Source: Bacteriovoracia bacterium (GTDB lineage Bacteria; Bdellovibrionota; UBA1018; CAIPTA01). Taken from it: DNA of 64,000 nucleotides. This document shows, piece after piece, positions 29,031-38,352 of this stretch. The notes beneath the pieces were generated by a model that saw nothing but the letters and a program-made list of their open reading frames with translations, had not been told where the DNA came from and searched no databases. The first letter of the stretch is position 1; each line of letters opens with the position of its first letter. The position numbers were made by a program, and so were the translations under genes. The stretch is from assembly GCA_050246755.1 (NCBI GenBank), contig JBFWVL010000006.1:64001-128000 (forward strand), given 5' to 3'.

Positions 29031-30464
29031 TTAGCCTTCCTTGGGGAAGGAGCAGATAAATTCCGTGCCGTGCGGCGAAGCGGTTTGAACCCTCACTTTT
29101 CCGCCGTGTCTTTGCACGATGTGTTTCACGATGGCGAGGCCGAGGCCGGTGCCGCCTTGGTCGCGGGTACGCGCCGTATCGATCCGGTAGAAGCGCTCAA
29201 AAATCCGCGGTTGGTGCTCGGGAGCAATTCCGGGGCCGCTATCCACCACGTGTAGCCGAACTTCCTGGCTTTCATTTTCCCAGCGCACCAGAATTTTTCC
29301 TCCGCCGGGAACATACTTGATCGCGTTTTCCAGCAAATTGAACAGTACCTGTTCTAGGCGCTTCCGATCGGCGAATAATTCCTTGGCGCCAAATTGCGTT
29401 TCGATGCGGTGGCCCTTTTTTTCGCGCAGAGACTCCAGCTGCTGGAGCACCGAGGCGGTAAGCTGCTCGAGGCCAATTTTTTCCCGGGATAGCTCGGTGC
29501 CGCTTTCGAGGGCAGAGAGGCTGAGCAAATCGCGCACGAGCTCGATGAGGCGGTCGGCGTTCCGTTCGATCGTAGCCGCCGCTTTTTGTTCCTGCTCTCT
29601 TCCTGCTAAATCGCCTTTCAAGGTTTCGGCGTATCCTTTGATCGAGGTGAGAGGGGTACTGAGTTCGTGCGATACGTTCGCCACGAAATCGATTCTCACT
29701 TGGTCCATCTGCTTGAGCTCGGTTACATCATGGAAAACACCCACCACGCCGTATAGCTCTTCGCCCGACATCTTGAGCGGTGCGAGAGACACGGAAAAAT
29801 TTCTCGCTAAATTCTCGCCCTTGGTACGCAGTTTCGTATCGAGGTAAAGAGGCGTGCCCCCGCTCAAGGTTTCGCGGAAAGAATCGAGCACGTCGGGATT
29901 GCGCAAAAAATCGGAGAGACGGCGGTTTTTCTGGCCGAGGTTGCCGAAGAGCACGGCGAAACGGGAATTATAAAAAAGCACGTTCCCGTTCCGGTCCACT
30001 GCCACCACCGCTTCGGTGATGGCGCTCATGATCGCCTGGATTTCGTCTCGTTCCTGACGGAGAATTTTTTCCTGGTTCTCGATACTGCGGCCGATCCGGT
30101 GGATGGCGCTCTCGAGGTGCGACCATTCATCTTCTTCGCCGTACTGGCGGCGGGGGGTTCCATCGCCCCGTTTCAGGATCAGGCGCGCTTTAATCAGGAT
30201 CTTTCCTAAGGGCAGAACCAGCTGGTATCCGGTCCACAGGCTGATGGCCGTTACGATCAGCGCCACGATGCCAGCAAGAATCAAAAAGGCGCGGTCATAG
30301 GCGGAGATCACTTCTGCGGCGGTGTGCAGAGAGGAAAATTTCTGAGCGAGGTAAATCCGGGTGAGGAGGCCGGCCACGAGCATGGCGGGAAAAAATCCGA
30401 GCAGCTGCTGCAGCAAAAAGCGGCGAAATAAATGCCGGGGAAAATGCGGTCGAAAAAGCTGCAT
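29031..30464 (-). CDS. phoR: Phosphate regulon sensor histidine kinase
   Basis: TM, HAMP and PAS regions; DFVANVSHEL.TPLT, NLLENAIKY, FERFYRID..R..GGTGLGL. Confidence 0.88.
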   Translation of the reverse strand: MQLFRPHFPRHLFRRFLLQQLLGFFPAMLVAGLLTRIYLAQKFSSLHTAAEVISAYDRAFLILAGIVALIVTAISLWTGYQLVLPLGKILIKARLILKRGDGTPRRQYGEEDEWSHLESAIHRIGRSIENQEKILRQERDEIQAIMSAITEAVVAVDRNGNVLFYNSRFAVLFGNLGQKNRRLSDFLRNPDVLDSFRETLSGGTPLYLDTKLRTKGENLARNFSVSLAPLKMSGEELYGVVGVFHDVTELKQMDQVRIDFVANVSHELSTPLTSIKGYAETLKGDLAGREQEQKAAATIERNADRLIELVRDLLSLSALESGTELSREKIGLEQLTASVLQQLESLREKKGHRIETQFGAKELFADRKRLEQVLFNLLENAIKYVPGGGKILVRWENESQEVRLHVVDSGPGIAPEHQPRIFERFYRIDTARTRDQGGTGLGLAIVKHIVQRHGGKVRVQTASPHGTEFICSFPKEG

Positions 30465-31159
30465 TAGCTCCTAGCCGAAACTCGGTAGCCCACGCCGCGC
30501 ACGGTTTCGATCAATTCCCCGCATTCGCCCAGTTTTTTTCGCAGGCCAAATACATGGGTGTCGATCGCTCGCTCCACCACGGCCACATCGCCCTGAACTT
30601 CGGCGATGAGCTGATCGCGCGTGAGCACGCGGCCTTTATTTTGCACTAAAGCGGTAAGCAGTTTGAACTCATAGGGAGTGAGCGAAATGATCTGGCCTTC
30701 GAGGCGGGCCTCATGGGCAGATTCGTCGATCACCAGGGGGCCAAGCTCGAGGCGCTTGCTTGCTTCGCGGGTTTCTGTGCGGCGTAAAAGGGCGCGGGCG
30801 CGGGCGGTGAGCACGGAGAGCTCAAACGGTTTCACCAGGTAATCATCGGCGCCCGCTTCCAGGCCCAAAATTAAATCCGCGTTCGTGGCCTTCGCGGTAA
30901 CCATCAGGATCGCCAGCGAATTATGATCGGAAATTTTTCTCAGCTCGCGAATCACTTCCAGGCCGCTCAGCTCGGGCAGCATCCAGTCCAGAACGGCGAG
31001 ATTGAATTTCTCATTTTTCAGGAGATGGAGGGCTTCCCGGCCATTGGTGCAACTCTGCACTTCATGGCCCTCGCGGCTGAGGTGCATCACGATAAGATTG
31101 CGGATATCTTCTTCGTCTTCCACTACCAGCACACGGCTACGTCGCGCGTTGTTTGTCAT
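30464..31159 (-). CDS. phoB: OmpR-family response regulator PhoB
   Basis: VVEDE, LDWMLP, GADDYLVKPF, ETVRGVGY; lies between phoU and phoR. Confidence 0.88.
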   Translation of the reverse strand: MTNNARRSRVLVVEDEEDIRNLIVMHLSREGHEVQSCTNGREALHLLKNEKFNLAVLDWMLPELSGLEVIRELRKISDHNSLAILMVTAKATNADLILGLEAGADDYLVKPFELSVLTARARALLRRTETREASKRLELGPLVIDESAHEARLEGQIISLTPYEFKLLTALVQNKGRVLTRDQLIAEVQGDVAVVERAIDTHVFGLRKKLGECGELIETVRGVGYRVSARS

Positions 31160-31168
31160 AAGAGAATC

Positions 31169-31840
31169 CTAGGTTTCGGTCTTCGGCCTGCCGCCGTGGC
31201 GGATATCATCGCCGGTCACGGCGAAGATCACATCCTCGGCGATATTCGTGGCGTGGTCGCCCAGCCTTTCTAGGTTGCGGGCGATCAAAATCAAATCGAG
31301 CGCTTGCTTGGCGATATCCGGTTTGGCTTGAATACGCGTGATCAAGTCATGGAAAACTTTGTCCTTCAAATTATCCACGGTGTCGTCCATTAACAGAACT
31401 TTCTGCGCGAGCTCACGGTCCCGATTCACGAAAGAGTCGAGAGACTCGCGTACCATCGCCCGTACTTCGGTGGCCATCACGGGAATATCAATGAGATCTT
31501 TCACTGGCTCACCTTCCAGATAATCTTTGGTATTGTAGGCGATGTTCACCGCCTGATCGCCCATGCGCTCCAGGTCGGTCGAGATTTTCAGTACAGCAAT
31601 TACAAGTCTTAAATCGGCGGCCAGTGGCGATTGCCGGGCGAGCAATTGCAGACAAGCTTCGTCCACTTCCATATGCTCCCGATTAATTTTTGCTTCGAGA
31701 TCGTGCACCTGTTTGAGCAGTTCTGGCTGCCTTTGGATCAATGCTTGAGTGGCTGCTTCTACTGCCAGCTCCACATGACCACCCATGGCAAGAATTTGTT
31801 CTTTGAGATTTTTCAGTTCGTGTTCGAAATGCCTTTGCAT
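31169..31840 (-). CDS. phoU: Phosphate signalling protein PhoU
   Basis: QSPLAADLR, DLERMGD, NLERLGDHATNIAE. Confidence 0.96.
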   Translation of the reverse strand: MQRHFEHELKNLKEQILAMGGHVELAVEAATQALIQRQPELLKQVHDLEAKINREHMEVDEACLQLLARQSPLAADLRLVIAVLKISTDLERMGDQAVNIAYNTKDYLEGEPVKDLIDIPVMATEVRAMVRESLDSFVNRDRELAQKVLLMDDTVDNLKDKVFHDLITRIQAKPDIAKQALDLILIARNLERLGDHATNIAEDVIFAVTGDDIRHGGRPKTET

Positions 31841-32135
31841 GCATAATGCTTACCTTTTTCCCGCAAAAAATTCTCTTTATCTTTGCGTTAGGATAGTGCG
31901 AAAATTTTCTATTGCTGCGCGCCAAGTTTGAATAAATTTTTTTCTTGGGGCTTGGGCTAAGTGCACCCATACTATTTCTGACACGGAAATTTGTACGGGA
32001 TTCGAACGCAGAGTGTCGTATGTTTCGTGAACTCGCTATTTGATTTCGGAACGCGTTATCGCTTAAAGTAACCGGCGTTCTTTGGTGGGTCGCTACCGTG
32101 TAAATAAAAGGTATCGACATTATGGGGGAAAAATA

Positions 32136-32711
32136 ATGGCAACCAAAACGAATAAACCGAAAGCAGCCGCTGTGGTGGCTAAAGCTGCTGGACCTGAAAC
32201 TGCAAAAACCGTCGAAGCAAAGTTGACTCGTTTGCTTCGCCTGCCGAACGAGGCAGAAGCTGAGAAGATCATCAGCGCGCTCAAAGGTCATGGTCTCACC
32301 AAAACTCAGGTAGTTGCTTTAGTAGAAGCGATTCGCCGGGAAGAACAAGAGATCATCTACGGTGACAAAGTAATCCGGGGCGAGCTCCAAACGAATCAAG
32401 AAGATTTAATGGACGAAGCCGACCTTGCGTCGAGCGATATCGATCAGGGCATGAAGATGCGCATGGCGAACCGCGAGAACTTCAAAGTGAAACGCTTGCA
32501 CCGTGCCTTAGATAAAATCAAAGACGGCAGTTATGGGGAGTGTGACGGCTGTGGATCTGATATCGGATTCGCCCGCTTATCGGCTCGTACGATTGCCGAG
32601 CTTTGCATCGCCTGCAAAGAAGACGAAGAGCGGAAAGAGAACCTCTCCGCCGTTGGCCGCAAACCCAAGAGCATGGGACATACCCTCGGCTCCAAGCTTA
32701 CGGTTAGCTAG
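32136..32711 (+). CDS. dksA: DksA/TraR C4 zinc-finger protein with N-terminal extension
   Basis: DEADLA acidic tip; YGECDGCG..I...RL.A....ELCIACK. Confidence 0.8.
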   Translation: MATKTNKPKAAAVVAKAAGPETAKTVEAKLTRLLRLPNEAEAEKIISALKGHGLTKTQVVALVEAIRREEQEIIYGDKVIRGELQTNQEDLMDEADLASSDIDQGMKMRMANRENFKVKRLHRALDKIKDGSYGECDGCGSDIGFARLSARTIAELCIACKEDEERKENLSAVGRKPKSMGHTLGSKLTVS

Positions 32712-32730
32712 TTTTTCGCACCAGAAAGAG

Positions 32731-32765
32731 AAGGCCGGTGCCCGTTTAGGGGATCGGCCTTTTTT
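32731..32765 (+). terminator. Rho-independent terminator after dksA
   Basis: AAGGCCGGTGCCC-gttta-GGGGATCGGCCTT followed by a T run. Confidence 0.75.
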
Positions 32766-33819
32766 ATTTTTTAGAAAAGAGAGAGCGGAAAAACTTTTGG
32801 CAGCTTCCGCTCCACGACTGCAAGTGTTCCGGCAGTAACTTCCGCATCTCGCCCCAATCCATACCCATTTCCGTAACGTAGTTGCGGAAAGCGGCCACTA
32901 TCTCCGCCCTGTTCTTGGGAATAGGGCGATTTAGGCGGTAGGGAATCAGTGTCTTCGCGTTACGGATAAAATCCAGCCGGCCCTCGATCAGCTCGAGCTC
33001 CAGTATAAATTCGGCGGCGTCTTTCTGTGGGCGAATCGCGCGGATTTCCACGGTGCGGTAGGCCTCATTCATGGGCTCGGTAACGCGGGTCAGGCAAACG
33101 GCCTGGTACTTCGCCTTCGCCGACCACTGGCAGGGGGCCCGTAGATAGACATCGTCTCGAACCCTCTCAGAAAAAGTACGCAGATCGGAAATTTTTCCCT
33201 CGTCGAAGTCTTTTACGATCTTCGCGAAGCGCTCGCGCGAATTCTTTCCATGTGAGGCGAGGGAGGGAGAGTTTGGATTGGGATCGGACAAGATTTCCAT
33301 GGCCAATTCCGGATGGTTCGCCATATCCACCATAAAATTCCGGAAAAATTTGGCATCTTTCCCGAAGGCCGTTTCAAGACCGATGTGGATATGCCCGCCG
33401 CCCTCCCGGGAGTGGGGCTTCAAACCGGCATCGGCGGCGGCGTCGAAAAGATCCTGAAGCCGAGAGCGCATGGCTTTGTATTCTTCCTTCGTGGCCGGTT
33501 TTCCCTGAACCTCCACTACCGCCGGATCCACGCTGAGCTGGAGCCAATAGCCGTCGGAATAGTTCACGCGGTAGCCGGCCCCGGATTTCTCTACCACCCA
33601 ATCCACCGTGCAGTCGCCTTTCAGCAGGCATTTCTTTTTCATAGCTTCGGCCAAGGCTTCGCGTCCCGCTTCGTTTTCTGGGGTATAGGTGGTGGTGCTC
33701 TGTCCTCGGCTGCCCCGGATGATGCCGGGGTTAGTAAAGGTGAACTCGAGCCCGTAGGTAGGCGGCCAGGCCCACGCGGGAGCGCAGAGAAATAGCAGGA
33801 ATAAGAAAATAGAGTTCAC
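32764..33819 (-). CDS. Secreted amidoligase/COOH-NH2 ligase-fold protein (putative)
   Basis: Signal peptide (..APAWA); YGLEFTF, DPAVVEV, GGGHIHIG, KYQAV, TVEIRA. Confidence 0.6.
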   Translation of the reverse strand: MNSIFLFLLFLCAPAWAWPPTYGLEFTFTNPGIIRGSRGQSTTTYTPENEAGREALAEAMKKKCLLKGDCTVDWVVEKSGAGYRVNYSDGYWLQLSVDPAVVEVQGKPATKEEYKAMRSRLQDLFDAAADAGLKPHSREGGGHIHIGLETAFGKDAKFFRNFMVDMANHPELAMEILSDPNPNSPSLASHGKNSRERFAKIVKDFDEGKISDLRTFSERVRDDVYLRAPCQWSAKAKYQAVCLTRVTEPMNEAYRTVEIRAIRPQKDAAEFILELELIEGRLDFIRNAKTLIPYRLNRPIPKNRAEIVAAFRNYVTEMGMDWGEMRKLLPEHLQSWSGSCQKFFRSLFSKK

Positions 33820-33857
33820 CCCGGCGTATCGGCCTTCCAGGGAGAAAATCCTACCGG

Positions 33858-35096
33858 TTAGCGGGAGTAGGCGCGCCTAAGCTCGTTCACGTTCTCGGCC
33901 TTCACGTGGCCCTTGCGGCTGCACATGATATTTTCGATATCCAGCTGGTAGTTCACGATCGTTTGCTTCTCGCGCACGTAAAACTCCACGTAGCAATCAG
34001 GGAGGCCGAGCACGTGGCCGAACTCGTGGCGGATCGTCCACTGGGCGTCGTACTCGGTGAGGGGTTGGCTGGCATTCATCGTGATCGTATCGCCGCCGAG
34101 CCCGTTCACGTGAGGCGTGGCACCTTCTTCAAACTCGATATGGGCCAAGCTCGAATCGTTCACGAAGGGCATTTCCAGATGCCAGTCCCCGAATTTCCAC
34201 TCGTCTTCGATATTGAAACGCAGGAAGTGGCGCACGTCCTCGGCCACGGGATCCTGAAACGGAGTGATGAACTGCGAGCCGCCGTTCGCGCCACGTTCCC
34301 AGCGGAATTCCGAGCGCGGGGCCGAAGAGGGAATCGTGAAGTAGCTATCGAAGGTTCTTTTTCCGGCCGCCTGCTTTTGCTGAAAGTAGGCTTCAAGGTC
34401 CTGCTTGGCGGAAATTTTTGCGTCCACCTCGCGCTCGCAATTGGCCAGCGAGCCGCCGCCGTTGAAACAGAGGCCTACGAGCCAGCCGCGGAGATTGGCT
34501 TTCTCCTGGGGATTCTGCACGTCGAAGTTTTTCAGTTTCTCGGCGCGGTTCGTGAGGCGGGAAAGAAAATAATAGCCGCGGATATCTTGGTTGCGGCGCC
34601 CTTCTAGCTGATAGAGGTAGGGAGCCATGGTGCGCCAGCGAGCCGCGGTTTGGTACACGCGGTCCACCTTCCAGCACCACTGGATATAGTCGTCCACGGG
34701 AATCGGCGTATCGTTCGTGAACGGCGCATTTTCGAAAATCACTTTGCGCAGTGGCTCGGGGAGGTCCGTTTTCAGTTTATTGTATTCCGCGAGGGTGAGC
34801 GTGGGATTGTATTCGTTCGGCGCCTCGATCGGATAGCCGCGCTGGGTTTCTTTGGAAGTGAGCGAGAGCTTATCGTTCGCCGGGCGGAAGGAATTGATGT
34901 GCTTGAGCCAATCGAGGTTGCGTGTTCCCATCGCCATCACCGGGCCAAGCCCATCGCTATCGCTGTCTTCGAATTGAAGGAAGAGCTTAGGGCCTTTTTC
35001 GCGGTATTCGATGCCCGCGGCATCGGGTGGAATATCCGGGATTTGCGGAGCGGCGAGGGTGGTGAAGGGTACTAGGGCGAGGAGTAAGAATTTCAT
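33858..35096 (-). CDS. Secreted metzincin-type zinc metalloprotease
   Basis: Signal peptide; HEFGHVLGLPD plus Met-turn ENIMC. Confidence 0.8.
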   Translation of the reverse strand: MKFLLLALVPFTTLAAPQIPDIPPDAAGIEYREKGPKLFLQFEDSDSDGLGPVMAMGTRNLDWLKHINSFRPANDKLSLTSKETQRGYPIEAPNEYNPTLTLAEYNKLKTDLPEPLRKVIFENAPFTNDTPIPVDDYIQWCWKVDRVYQTAARWRTMAPYLYQLEGRRNQDIRGYYFLSRLTNRAEKLKNFDVQNPQEKANLRGWLVGLCFNGGGSLANCEREVDAKISAKQDLEAYFQQKQAAGKRTFDSYFTIPSSAPRSEFRWERGANGGSQFITPFQDPVAEDVRHFLRFNIEDEWKFGDWHLEMPFVNDSSLAHIEFEEGATPHVNGLGGDTITMNASQPLTEYDAQWTIRHEFGHVLGLPDCYVEFYVREKQTIVNYQLDIENIMCSRKGHVKAENVNELRRAYSR

Positions 35097-35202
35097 GGAG
35101 GTAGACTATGGCGGGAAGGGGCGGAATGCTAGCGTGGTTTCGGGGTAAGCGGTTTTTTATTGCCGCCAATTATTATGATTTCGGCAAAGAGCCGTAAGTT
35201 GC

Positions 35203-36351
35203 TTATTTCGCTCGAATTTTTCTCGCATCCAAAATCCGAACGGTTTCCCTCGCCAGCGCCTCTGCCAATACCCGATTCCCTCTCGCATTCAGCTGCAGCA
35301 TATTCAGCCGGTATGCGGAAAACGAAAATCGTGCCCGCGCAACGGGATCTATTTCCTCCACCCAATCCCCAATCTCGTCGGGCAATGGAGGATGTTTCGA
35401 AAAAACTTCCGCCGTGTCTACGAAGGAAACCGGCCCTTGCGCCAAGCGCACAAAGATTTCCTTCAGGTAAGGCTCCGTAGGAAAGGTTCTCACCAGAATC
35501 ACCGGCACCTTATGCTGTTCGGCCAAATCCAGCATCGCGCCCATCACCTCCTCGAAGTTCTTGGAATGTTCTGCGCGTTTTCTCTGCGCGTAGCCCAGGC
35601 GAAACTGGGTCCATAAAAGCGAGCGCGCGGTGAGCGAAGCCAAGGGCCGAACCAACCAGCGCAAGAGTAAATAGGGCTTGGTGTCGGGGAAGCGCAGGGC
35701 TACCGGAAAAAAGTTATCGTCGAGAACTAAGGTGTCCACGAAGCCGTAGTCCAAAACCAAAGCATCCGGCTTATAGTCGAAAATTTCGAACCGCAGCCGC
35801 GCCAAGCCGATGATCGCGGAAGCCGCGTGCCGGCCTCCATTCCAAACCTCGTACTCACTACCCAAAAGCCGTTCGAGCTGAGCCGGATATGCTTCCTCAT
35901 CTTCCACGCCGTGGCCGAACGCCTGGTAGCTGCCGAGCACGATCACGCGTTTCTTTCCTGCGGGTTTTTCCCGGCTATGTTCCCGGCCCCGAAATCCCAG
36001 TGCGTTGCTGTGGATCGAATAAGGTCCTATGCCTTCGCCCCGGATAAAATCGTAGCTCTTCCAGGAGCGACTGGAAGTAAGCCGCGTGGTCTCGAATATC
36101 TTCCGCAATCGCTCTCCCGAGCCAAAGTCCCGATTCGAGTACACCAAGAAAGGAGGAAGAAAGGGGTCGCTCGTTTCTTGACGCAGCCACTGGCCGTACA
36201 GGCGGGAGTAGACCGCTTGCTGATACTGCTCGGTCTTGGCCTCTACGGGATCTTTAAAAAACATCCCGATCCGTAGCAGCCCTTCCGCCGCGAGCAAAAC
36301 CAAGACCAGGAAGGCCAAAGCGCGGACGAGAAAAAGAAAAGCCCGTTTCAT
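35203..36351 (-). CDS. Membrane-anchored SGNH/GDSL hydrolase-like protein
   Basis: AEGLLRI anchor, NALGFRG, VIVLGSYQAFGHGV; catalytic motifs degenerate (GSY for GDS; QLN for HxN). Confidence 0.7.
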   Translation of the reverse strand: MKRAFLFLVRALAFLVLVLLAAEGLLRIGMFFKDPVEAKTEQYQQAVYSRLYGQWLRQETSDPFLPPFLVYSNRDFGSGERLRKIFETTRLTSSRSWKSYDFIRGEGIGPYSIHSNALGFRGREHSREKPAGKKRVIVLGSYQAFGHGVEDEEAYPAQLERLLGSEYEVWNGGRHAASAIIGLARLRFEIFDYKPDALVLDYGFVDTLVLDDNFFPVALRFPDTKPYLLLRWLVRPLASLTARSLLWTQFRLGYAQRKRAEHSKNFEEVMGAMLDLAEQHKVPVILVRTFPTEPYLKEIFVRLAQGPVSFVDTAEVFSKHPPLPDEIGDWVEEIDPVARARFSFSAYRLNMLQLNARGNRVLAEALARETVRILDARKIRAK

Positions 36352-36391
36352 TCAGGCAGTTTCGCGCAACCCACCAAGAGGCGCCACAAAT

Positions 36392-36417
36392 AAAAAAGGC
36401 CCCCTTGCGGGAGCCTC
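36392..36417 (-). terminator. Rho-independent terminator after the motor operon
   Basis: Minus strand AGGCTCCC-gcaa-GGGGGCCT-TTTTT. Confidence 0.75.
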
Positions 36418-36439
36418 TTCCAAAACATGCCCTAAGAAC

Positions 36440-37027
36440 TTACTCGGCTTGTTTCTCTACAGTTAGGCGGAACGTGCGGTAGCCGGCCATGCCCGCGGTG
36501 AACATTACTTGGCGGATCAAGTCGTAGGAAGCTTCTTTGTCGGCTTGCACCAGCAAATCACCTTTCCACTTCTTGGCCGCTTCCACGGGGTCCGCCGCGC
36601 GGGAAGCAAGGGTATCGAATTCCTCTTTCTTGCGCTGGAGCACGTCGTAGACCGGCATGATCCCGCGATTAGCGGTGGTGCGGTCCACGGCGCCTTCGGG
36701 GATCTTGAACTTATTCTCTTTATAGTCACCCTCGAAGGTGAGCACGGGTTCGCTGTCTACCGTGATCTGGTCTTTCGAGATGATCAGTACGATTCCTTCG
36801 CCGAAGGTTTCCACTGCCTTGGAAACGGGCAATTCGAGCTTATCGGTTTGGGGAACCTGCATCTGCGACAGTCCGTAGCTTTTCAGGAGGAAGATCACGA
36901 TGATGATCAGCACGTCCATCAAGCTCGTCATCTGCAGGCCGAAGGTCTTGTTCTTCCGGCGGCGGGCGTGCCCGCGGCGGTGGCCGGAGGCGCTAGATCC
37001 AGGAGAGGGTATTGATACACCGGACAT
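36440..37027 (-). CDS. ExbD/TolR family protein, AglS-like gliding motor subunit
   Basis: LQMTSLMDVLIIIVIFLLKSY, LPVS, QADK..Y......TAGMAGY. Confidence 0.85.
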   Translation of the reverse strand: MSGVSIPSPGSSASGHRRGHARRRKNKTFGLQMTSLMDVLIIIVIFLLKSYGLSQMQVPQTDKLELPVSKAVETFGEGIVLIISKDQITVDSEPVLTFEGDYKENKFKIPEGAVDRTTANRGIMPVYDVLQRKKEEFDTLASRAADPVEAAKKWKGDLLVQADKEASYDLIRQVMFTAGMAGYRTFRLTVEKQAE

Positions 37028-37029
37028 AA

Positions 37030-37566
37030 TTAATTCCCACTTATTACGTTGCCGAAAATTACGTTAGCGAAGAGATAAGTTTCGGGCTTATCCACGCCGT
37101 TTGCGTCTTTGGCATAAAACGGAGGATCCGTTTTCAGGAGCAAGCGAACCGTGTCCATGAGCTTCACGAGATCATTGTATTTCACTTCGCCAACCGGCAT
37201 GAACACGATGTTCTGTTCTTTCTGGAACTGTTGCTTGATGGGGATCAGGGCTTCGTGGATTTTATCGAAGGCGTAGTCCTTCTCAATCTTCGGAAATACC
37301 TGAGCCTTGATTTTATTCGAGCCGCTCGAGAGCTTGATCTGCTCTTGCTCGATGGTGAGCGTGAGCGCCAAAGGCTTCTCTTTATTATCATCGGGCATGC
37401 TCGAAACCACCGGCACCGGAGTGTCGATGAGGGTTACGGCCAAGAGCGACGTAGCGAGGAGCAGGAATGCGATCAGGGTCACGAACGCATCCATAATCGG
37501 AACGAGCGGAAGATCGATCTCGCTTGTTCCTCGGCTACGGCGTCGGCTTGATGGGCGCTTTAACAT
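37030..37566 (-). CDS. ExbD/TolR family protein, AglQ-like
   Basis: LVPIMDAFVTLIAFLL; KYNDLVKLMD. Confidence 0.85.
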   Translation of the reverse strand: MLKRPSSRRRSRGTSEIDLPLVPIMDAFVTLIAFLLLATSLLAVTLIDTPVPVVSSMPDDNKEKPLALTLTIEQEQIKLSSGSNKIKAQVFPKIEKDYAFDKIHEALIPIKQQFQKEQNIVFMPVGEVKYNDLVKLMDTVRLLLKTDPPFYAKDANGVDKPETYLFANVIFGNVISGN

Positions 37567-37578
37567 CGCGTCCGCCGC

Positions 37579-38235
37579 CTATACTTCTTCAGTGGAATGT
37601 TTGTATTTGCGGGCGGAGAGCAGATCGATGAGTTTCACCGAGTATTCGTCGGCTTCTTCGATCAGCGTGGAGGCTTTGGCGCTCAGCCAGGAGTGGAAAA
37701 TCATCGCCGTGATGGCCACGATCAAACCGAAGGCCGTGCAGTTCAGGGCTTCGGCGATACCGGCCGAGAGAACGTTTTGGCGTTCGGCGGCGGGGGCCAC
37801 GGCGAGCTGACCGAAGGAGTAGATAAGGCCGGAGATCGTTCCGAGGAGTCCAAGCAGGGTAGACAAGTTCGCGATCAGGGCTAGGTAGTGCAAGCGCTTC
37901 TCGATTTTTGGAATCACTTCGAGGGAGGCAGCGTCTACGGCGTTCTGGATCTGGTGCTCGTCGCGGGAGGCGCGCTGCAGGCCCGCCTTGATGATACGCG
38001 GGAGAGCGGCGCGGCCGGCTCCGTTGCAAAGGCGAATGGCGCCGTCGATATCGTTGGCGAGCACGTACTTTTGTACTTCGAACATGAAGCTCGTGCCGTC
38101 GATATTAAATTGTAAAACGATCCGTACGAACCGCTCGAGAATGATAGCAATCGTAATCGCGAAGCAAATCGCGATCGCATGCATCATGTGTCCGCCAGCC
38201 TGATACTGCTCAATAATGGTGTTTAGAATGTTCAT
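37579..38235 (-). CDS. MotA/TolQ/ExbB proton-channel protein, AglR-like
   Basis: ANLSTLLGLLGTISGLIYSF, GIAEALNCTAFGL; followed by two ExbD-like genes. Confidence 0.9.
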   Translation of the reverse strand: MNILNTIIEQYQAGGHMMHAIAICFAITIAIILERFVRIVLQFNIDGTSFMFEVQKYVLANDIDGAIRLCNGAGRAALPRIIKAGLQRASRDEHQIQNAVDAASLEVIPKIEKRLHYLALIANLSTLLGLLGTISGLIYSFGQLAVAPAAERQNVLSAGIAEALNCTAFGLIVAITAMIFHSWLSAKASTLIEEADEYSVKLIDLLSARKYKHSTEEV

Positions 38236-38352
38236 GACCCTCTCCTTGGGAAACGTGACTTCAATTGAACCGTACTAATTTTGGTTATTTTTCCAGCGCT
38301 TCCGGCGTCGGAAAAATGTCAGCACGGCATCTTCCTATGATTTTATTGTACT

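Noticed and set aside
31683-32291. 202-aa minus-strand ORF across the phoU-dksA spacer
   Set aside because: Overlaps both real genes and has no recognisable protein features.
38299-38315. TTCCG-GCGT-CGGAA upstream of the motor operon, resembling the REP-like palindrome
   Set aside because: Short, different spacer, single copy; not distinguishable from chance or a local operator.
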